A DNA stretch of 64,000 nt from a virus: IMG/VR virus record IMGVR_UViG_3300025674_000021, positions 1 through 64,000 of that record. One strand, written 5' to 3'. The notes under the pieces are model-generated. The model saw nothing but the letters and a program-made list of their open reading frames with translations. It did not search any database and was not told where the DNA came from. Positions 59,189 to 64,000 of the stretch are shown piece by piece; position 1 is the first letter of the stretch; every line of letters begins with the position of its first letter. The translations under genes and the position numbers were made by a program.

Positions 59189-59614
59189 ATGGATAACGAT
59201 TTTCAATTTTTGGACGGCAACGAATCACCCGATGTGATTCAATTTCCCAATCAATCTGAGAGTATTTTTGAAATGTACATGGGCGAAGGTACTGGTAACA
59301 TTGACTTGATCACTGAATCCAAAGGTACTCCCTGGAAGTACAATGAAGAGGAAATTCTAAAAGAACTCCTTGAGTACATCCGGGGTACTTACAGTCAGCA
59401 TTATTCTGCTGGCGATGATAAGATTCAAACTTTGGATCTTATCGAAGCTTGTGGTGACGGTGAAGCATTCTGTCGTAGTAACATCCTGAAGTACGCTTCT
59501 CGCTATGATAAGAAAGGCACTGCCCGCCGCGATATTATGAAGATCTTGCACTATGCAGTTCTTCTTCTAAACTTTAATGATAAAAACGCCAAACGCGAAA
59601 CCTATCCTCATTGA
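59189..59614 (+). CDS. Conserved hypothetical protein (DUF3310-like)
   Basis: TYSQHY, AFCRSNILKYASRYDKKG..DIMKILHY. Confidence 0.75.
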   Translation: MDNDFQFLDGNESPDVIQFPNQSESIFEMYMGEGTGNIDLITESKGTPWKYNEEEILKELLEYIRGTYSQHYSAGDDKIQTLDLIEACGDGEAFCRSNILKYASRYDKKGTARRDIMKILHYAVLLLNFNDKNAKRETYPH

Positions 59615-59615
59615 T

Positions 59616-60290
59616 ATGAAATTGAAAGAACGCACAATGAAACTGTCTGAAAAAACCCTCACCATCCTTAAAAATTTTGCAGGAATCAACAATTCGATTC
59701 TTGTGAAGGAGGGAAATCAACTCCGTACTATTTCTGTTGCAAGGAATATCCTTGCCGAAGCGGAGATCAGTGAAGAGTTTTCCCGTGAGTTCGCCATTTA
59801 TGATCTGAATCAATTTCTGAATGGTCTGGGTCTTCACCAGGATCCAGACATTGATTTCAGTGATCCTTCTTATCTTATGATTCGTGAAGGTAGGCGTAGG
59901 GTAAAGTATTTTTATGCAGACCCTCAGGTCATCATGGCACCTCCTGATAAGAAACTGGAACTGCCTACTAAAGATGTCTGCTTCCAACTTCAGCAAGTGA
60001 CTCTTGAGAAACTTCTGAAAGCAGCAGCAGTTTATCAACTTCCAGATCTCTCTGCTATTGGTGAGAACGGAGTTATCAAACTTGTCGTTCGCGATAAGAA
60101 GAATGATACTTCGAATGAGTTTGGTGAGGTTGTTGGTGAAACCGATGATGAGTTCACTTATAACTTCAAAGTTGAGAACATCAAAATCATTCCTGGTTCT
60201 TATGAAGTTGTGATTTCATCTAAACTTCTTTCTGAGTTCAGTAACAGTCAGCACAACCTCAAGTATTTCATTGCTCTGGAACCGAACTGA
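59616..60290 (+). CDS. gp45: Sliding clamp gp45 (start 59616 or 59637)
   Basis: MKLSEKTLTILKNFAGINNSIL, FAIYDLNQFL, YFIALE. Confidence 0.94.
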   Translation: MKLKERTMKLSEKTLTILKNFAGINNSILVKEGNQLRTISVARNILAEAEISEEFSREFAIYDLNQFLNGLGLHQDPDIDFSDPSYLMIREGRRRVKYFYADPQVIMAPPDKKLELPTKDVCFQLQQVTLEKLLKAAAVYQLPDLSAIGENGVIKLVVRDKKNDTSNEFGEVVGETDDEFTYNFKVENIKIIPGSYEVVISSKLLSEFSNSQHNLKYFIALEPN

Positions 60291-60727
60291 TGACGTTCAT
60301 ACCAGAAGATGAGTACCAGAAGATTCTTAAGTCCATGCCCATCTTCTGCATGGATTTTTTGTTCCGCTGTAACGATGAATATCTCCTGATCAAAAGAACA
60401 GAACAACCTCTAAAGGGTGTTTATTGGGTCATAGGGGGTAGGATGCAATTCCGTGAAACAATTAGAAATTTTGCTAGACGAGTTCAGATGAGGGAGATTG
60501 GTAGGTATTATGCAGGATTCAAATTAATTGGATTCTCAAACTACTTTTTTCCTGAAGTTAAAGGTGCAAGAGCAACACATACTCCTACACTTCTATTGAG
60601 TGTTGAAGTTCCAGAAAAGTTTGTACCCAAAATAGATAGCACTCATTGTGACTATATGTGGTCGAAAGAACTTCCAAGAGAGCTTTTGAGGCAGACAAAC
60701 TTTATTGATAATTATGGACCTCGTTAA
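60290..60727 (+). CDS. Nudix hydrolase, GDP-mannose mannosyl hydrolase-like
   Basis: PIFCMDF..YLLIKR..P.KG.YWVIGGRM..RET..REIG resembles the Gmm/NudD N-terminal half. Confidence 0.7.
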   Translation: MTFIPEDEYQKILKSMPIFCMDFLFRCNDEYLLIKRTEQPLKGVYWVIGGRMQFRETIRNFARRVQMREIGRYYAGFKLIGFSNYFFPEVKGARATHTPTLLLSVEVPEKFVPKIDSTHCDYMWSKELPRELLRQTNFIDNYGPR

Positions 60728-60730
60728 GCA

Positions 60731-61054
60731 ATGGAACCTGATCCCTATATTCAATTTTTGGAGAATTGGATACCAGGAATAGGTGAAGATACTAAACTTC
60801 ACGATCAACTTCATATACATTTTGATCTTGGATTCAGTATCAATGATGAAGCTAAACTTCTTGGTTTTCAATTAGGACATCACCCTGCTGGAAATTTTTT
60901 CCATGTTGTGGTATTTTGTATAATGAGCATTACGATTTATCCAAAAGATTATCGTAATGGTTTGAAAGATCTGCAAGATTTTTATAAAGCATATTTGCTT
61001 GGAAAATACTGGCAATCTGTATCCTATTGGTTTATTCCTAAAACAATATTATGA
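60731..61054 (+). CDS. Hypothetical protein
   Basis: 107-aa ORF overlapping the gp44 start (ATGA). Confidence 0.6.
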   Translation: MEPDPYIQFLENWIPGIGEDTKLHDQLHIHFDLGFSINDEAKLLGFQLGHHPAGNFFHVVVFCIMSITIYPKDYRNGLKDLQDFYKAYLLGKYWQSVSYWFIPKTIL

Positions 61055-61992
61055 GTGATTTCATTTGGGTTGAGAAGTATCGTCCTAAGACGATTGAAGA
61101 ATGTATTCTCCCTGAAGCAACTAAAAAGACCTTTCAATCTTTCCTAGATAAAGGTGAGATCCCAAACATGCTACTGGCGGGACCTCCCGGAATCGGAAAA
61201 ACTACAGTAGCAAAAGCACTGTGTAACGAATTGGGGGTAGATGTTTATGTCATCAACGGATCCGACGAAGGAAGATTCCTTGATACCGTCCGAAATAATG
61301 CGAAGAACTTTGCTTCGACCGTCTCGCTTACTTCGGATGCTAAACACAAAGTCATCATCATTGATGAGGCAGATAACACATCCAACGATGTACAACTCCT
61401 CCTACGGGCGTTTATTGAGGAGTTTGCTGGAAACTGTAGATTCATCTTCACCTGCAACTATAAAAACAAAATCCTTGAACCACTGCACTCCAGAACCACA
61501 GTGGTTGAATTCGGAATCAAAGGAAAGGAGAGACAGGCAATTGCAGCAGAATTCTTCAAGCGACTCCAATACATCTTGGGTGTTGAGGGCGTACAATACG
61601 ACTCCAAAGTACTTGTTGAACTCATCAACAAACACTTCCCGGACTGGAGACGGGTTCTCAATGAATGTCAAAGGTATTCGGTCAGTGGTAAAATCGATGC
61701 AGGCATTCTTTCAACGTTCTCTGACGTAGCAGTAAATGATCTTATTAAAAACCTTAAGGAGAAAAACTTTCCTCAAGTACGTAAATGGGTCGTATCTAAT
61801 TTGGACAATGATATTACTGTACTTACTAGGCGTATTTACGATGCTTGTTATGTTTCCCTTGAAAACGCTAGCGTTCCTGCTGCTGTGCTTACTATTGCTA
61901 AGTATCAGTACCAATCTGCCTTCGTTGCTGATCAAGAAATAAATATGCTTGCATGTCTAACTGAACTCATGGTGGAGTGCAAGTTTAAATGA
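61051..61992 (+). CDS. gp44: Clamp loader large subunit gp44
   Basis: WVEKYRP, GPPGIGKTT, IIIDEAD, PLHSR, FPDWRR. Confidence 0.96.
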   Translation: MSDFIWVEKYRPKTIEECILPEATKKTFQSFLDKGEIPNMLLAGPPGIGKTTVAKALCNELGVDVYVINGSDEGRFLDTVRNNAKNFASTVSLTSDAKHKVIIIDEADNTSNDVQLLLRAFIEEFAGNCRFIFTCNYKNKILEPLHSRTTVVEFGIKGKERQAIAAEFFKRLQYILGVEGVQYDSKVLVELINKHFPDWRRVLNECQRYSVSGKIDAGILSTFSDVAVNDLIKNLKEKNFPQVRKWVVSNLDNDITVLTRRIYDACYVSLENASVPAAVLTIAKYQYQSAFVADQEINMLACLTELMVECKFK

Positions 61993-62351
61993 AAACTTGT
62001 TCAAAGTGTTTAGTTAATAAACCATTATCTGATTATCGTATTGAGTCTTCAAGAAATTGGAGAGTTCCAATTGAACAAAGACGAAAATATTATCGGGAAG
62101 AATGTAAAGAATGTGAAAAAAAACTTAGTAAACAACTAAGAGAGGCAAAAAAATTAGCAACTCCAAAACCAACAAAATGTGAGTGTTGTTCAAAAGAAAC
62201 TGATGAACTAGTTGTTGATCATGATCATCAAACGGGAAAATTTCGTGGATGGTTATGTAAAACTTGTAATATTGGAATAGGAAAACTTGGTGACAATCTT
62301 ACTGGTGTAAAAAATGCTTACAATTATCTTATAGAGTGTGAATTCAAATGA
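61989..62351 (+). CDS. Endonuclease VII-family (HNH-like) nuclease, likely free-standing homing endonuclease
   Basis: CxxC zinc motifs and LVVDHDHQTGKFRGWLCKTCNIGIG. Confidence 0.85.
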   Translation: MKTCSKCLVNKPLSDYRIESSRNWRVPIEQRRKYYREECKECEKKLSKQLREAKKLATPKPTKCECCSKETDELVVDHDHQTGKFRGWLCKTCNIGIGKLGDNLTGVKNAYNYLIECEFK

Positions 62352-62548
62352 AAACAAAACTAAGAGTACAAGTTAAGTCCAGGTTCTATTACATCTTTTG
62401 GGGTGCTGCGACCATTGCAGTTGTCTTTGGTCAGTTGTATGTTGGTACAGGATATCGTCTTGTTCATGAAGACATGAGAGAACTACTTCAGAAAGTTGAT
62501 GGAGTTCTTCTTCATAAACAAGAATCTCCGTACCGAGGTGTGCTTTGA
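62348..62548 (+). CDS. Hypothetical membrane protein
   Basis: Hydrophobic FYYIFWGAATIAVVFGQLYVG segment. Confidence 0.7.
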   Translation: MKTKLRVQVKSRFYYIFWGAATIAVVFGQLYVGTGYRLVHEDMRELLQKVDGVLLHKQESPYRGVL

Positions 62549-62775
62549 GTTTACTTAAAATTGATTACAAATCTCTTGCTGAACCAAGAGTAAAAACTAC
62601 TCCAGAAAATGTAGCAGAAGCAAATGAAGCATTGTTCAACTGCACAATGACTTTACCTGCTGCCGCAAAACATTGTGGAATGACCCATAAGGAAATGAAA
62701 TTAACCTTCTGGGAATATTTGAAATATCATCCGATTACTTATCATGTTGAAACTGAAAAAAGTCCTGGAGATTGA
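62545..62775 (+). CDS. Hypothetical protein (possible HTH)
   Basis: MTLPAAAKHCGMTHKEMK pattern; TTG start. Confidence 0.65.
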   Translation: MSLLKIDYKSLAEPRVKTTPENVAEANEALFNCTMTLPAAAKHCGMTHKEMKLTFWEYLKYHPITYHVETEKSPGD

Positions 62776-63277
62776 TAATCTCTCTCGTCTATTTTCTACT
62801 TTGAAAACTCCTAACGATCCTACAAGCTACTTTCGTCTAGGAGTTGCAATTGAAAAGTCCTTAGAATATTTCAGTAACGGACATCTGCAAAGAGTTAATC
62901 TTACTGGTAAAGATCTTCTAGGTTCTGATAAAAAATACTACGAATGTAAAAAAGTTACATTCAAGAATAAGGGTGGAATGTCTGTCAGAGATGTAATTGT
63001 CAAAAATGGTAGAGGAAACTCAGATCAAGAATTTAAACCTGCTGACTACTACATTTTTGTCGAACCTCTAAAAAGAAAAGCATGTTGCGTCCCTGGCAAG
63101 ATGCTCTACAATATTAGACAGACCAAGACAGATGTGAAAGCGCACTGCAACCCTGAAGCAAAACATTTTTTCATGTTTGAAAATGATCTTAAGGGCAAAG
63201 AACTTCCATTCAGTTATAGGGACTTCTTTGAAGAAGATGACAAGCATCTGTATGATTACATTAAAAGCTTCTCTTAA
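62744..63277 (+). CDS. Hypothetical protein, possible PD-(D/E)XK nuclease
   Basis: E..(helix)..GKDL....YYECK and ADYYIFV patterns. Confidence 0.55.
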   Translation: MLKLKKVLEIDNLSRLFSTLKTPNDPTSYFRLGVAIEKSLEYFSNGHLQRVNLTGKDLLGSDKKYYECKKVTFKNKGGMSVRDVIVKNGRGNSDQEFKPADYYIFVEPLKRKACCVPGKMLYNIRQTKTDVKAHCNPEAKHFFMFENDLKGKELPFSYRDFFEEDDKHLYDYIKSFS

Positions 63278-63279
63278 TT

Positions 63280-64000
63280 ATGAAATCTTTGAAAACTCCT
63301 CTTCGTTATCCTGGCGGTAAGTCCCGCGCATGTACACGTATGGCACCATACTTTCCCGATCTTCGGGAGTATGATGAATTTCGTGAACCATTTCTTGGTG
63401 GTGGTAGTGTTGCTATCTACATGACTAAGAAGTATCCCCATCTTAAGATCTGGGTCAATGATCTTTATGAACCTCTTTATAACTTCTGGGTTCAACTTCG
63501 TGATCGTGGTGCAGACATGAAGTATAAACTCCAAGAACTTAAGTCAAGGTATCCAGATCAAGGATCTGCCAGAGGACTTTTCTTGGAGTCAAAGGACTAT
63601 CTCAATAAAGAAGATGGCGATCCTTTCTGGAAGGCAGTTAGTTTCTATGTTGTTAATAAGTGTAGTTTCTCTGGTCTGAGTGAAAGTTCTTCATTCTCAA
63701 AGCAGGCATCTGATAGTAATTTTTCGATGCGTGGTATTGAAAAACTCCCAGAGTATTCAATGATTATCAAAGATTGGCACATTACCAATGTTCATTACGA
63801 TAATCTTCTTGATGAAAATTCTGAGCGTAGAGCATTCCTTTACTTAGATCCTCCATACGATATCAAAGATAATCTGTATGGGAAGAAAGGTAATATGCAT
63901 AAAGGATTTGATCACGATACTTTTGCATTGGATTGTGATGGATGCTCTTTGGATTCTATGATCAGTTACAACTCTGATCAATTGGTCAAAAATAGATTCA
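63280..64000 (+). CDS. dam: DNA adenine methyltransferase (Dam/D12 class), truncated by the window end; not in ORF track
   Basis: MKSLKTPLRYPGGKSRA, EPFLGGGSV, WVNDLY, FLYLDPPY. Confidence 0.92.
   Translation, partial: MKSLKTPLRYPGGKSRACTRMAPYFPDLREYDEFREPFLGGGSVAIYMTKKYPHLKIWVNDLYEPLYNFWVQLRDRGADMKYKLQELKSRYPDQGSARGLFLESKDYLNKEDGDPFWKAVSFYVVNKCSFSGLSESSSFSKQASDSNFSMRGIEKLPEYSMIIKDWHITNVHYDNLLDENSERRAFLYLDPPYDIKDNLYGKKGNMHKGFDHDTFALDCDGCSLDSMISYNSDQLVKNRF

Noticed and set aside
63274-63534. Minus-strand 86-aa ORF
   Set aside because: Antisense to the dam methylase that starts at 63280
1-64000. tRNA/rRNA genes, introns, inteins, photosynthesis genes such as psbA or hli
   Set aside because: None recognised by eye; core genes (gp17, gp20, gp23, gp46, uvsW) have ordinary lengths and uninterrupted frames

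Overview
Fragment of a T4-like cyanophage (cyanomyovirus, Kyanoviridae-like). All credible genes are on the + strand. Order: a GC-rich cassette-like small-gene region with repeats and hairpins (1-1500); glycosyltransferase and 2OG-Fe(II) oxygenase; baseplate (gp25, gp6, giant gp7, gp8, VrlC/DUF4815-like); neck, tail, terminase and head (gp13-gp23, gp3); recombination, late transcription and replication (uvsY, uvsW, gp55, gp47, gp46, CobT-like/CobS-like pair, gp45, gp44); and a dam methylase running off the right end. The most striking unexplained signal is four highly basic accessory ORFs (30719, 44511, 46283, 53687). Each lies behind a late-promoter motif and is built from basic cargo modules separated by short acidic linkers ending in [ILVM]-x-E, the gp21 prohead-protease signature. 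Two begin with T4 capsid-targeting-like N-termini (MRTFKEFQYICE, MITFQQFDE). I infer a modular polyprotein system of capsid-packaged, protease-released effectors, one cargo being an RlpA-like lytic transglycosylase domain. Other leads: an NblA-like small gene, two unlisted TM+His-rich micro-ORFs, an EndoVII-type nuclease insertion duplicating the gp44 3' end, a bidirectional promoter before gp55, and repeated hairpin modules at the left end. All family assignments come from motif recognition by eye, not database searches.
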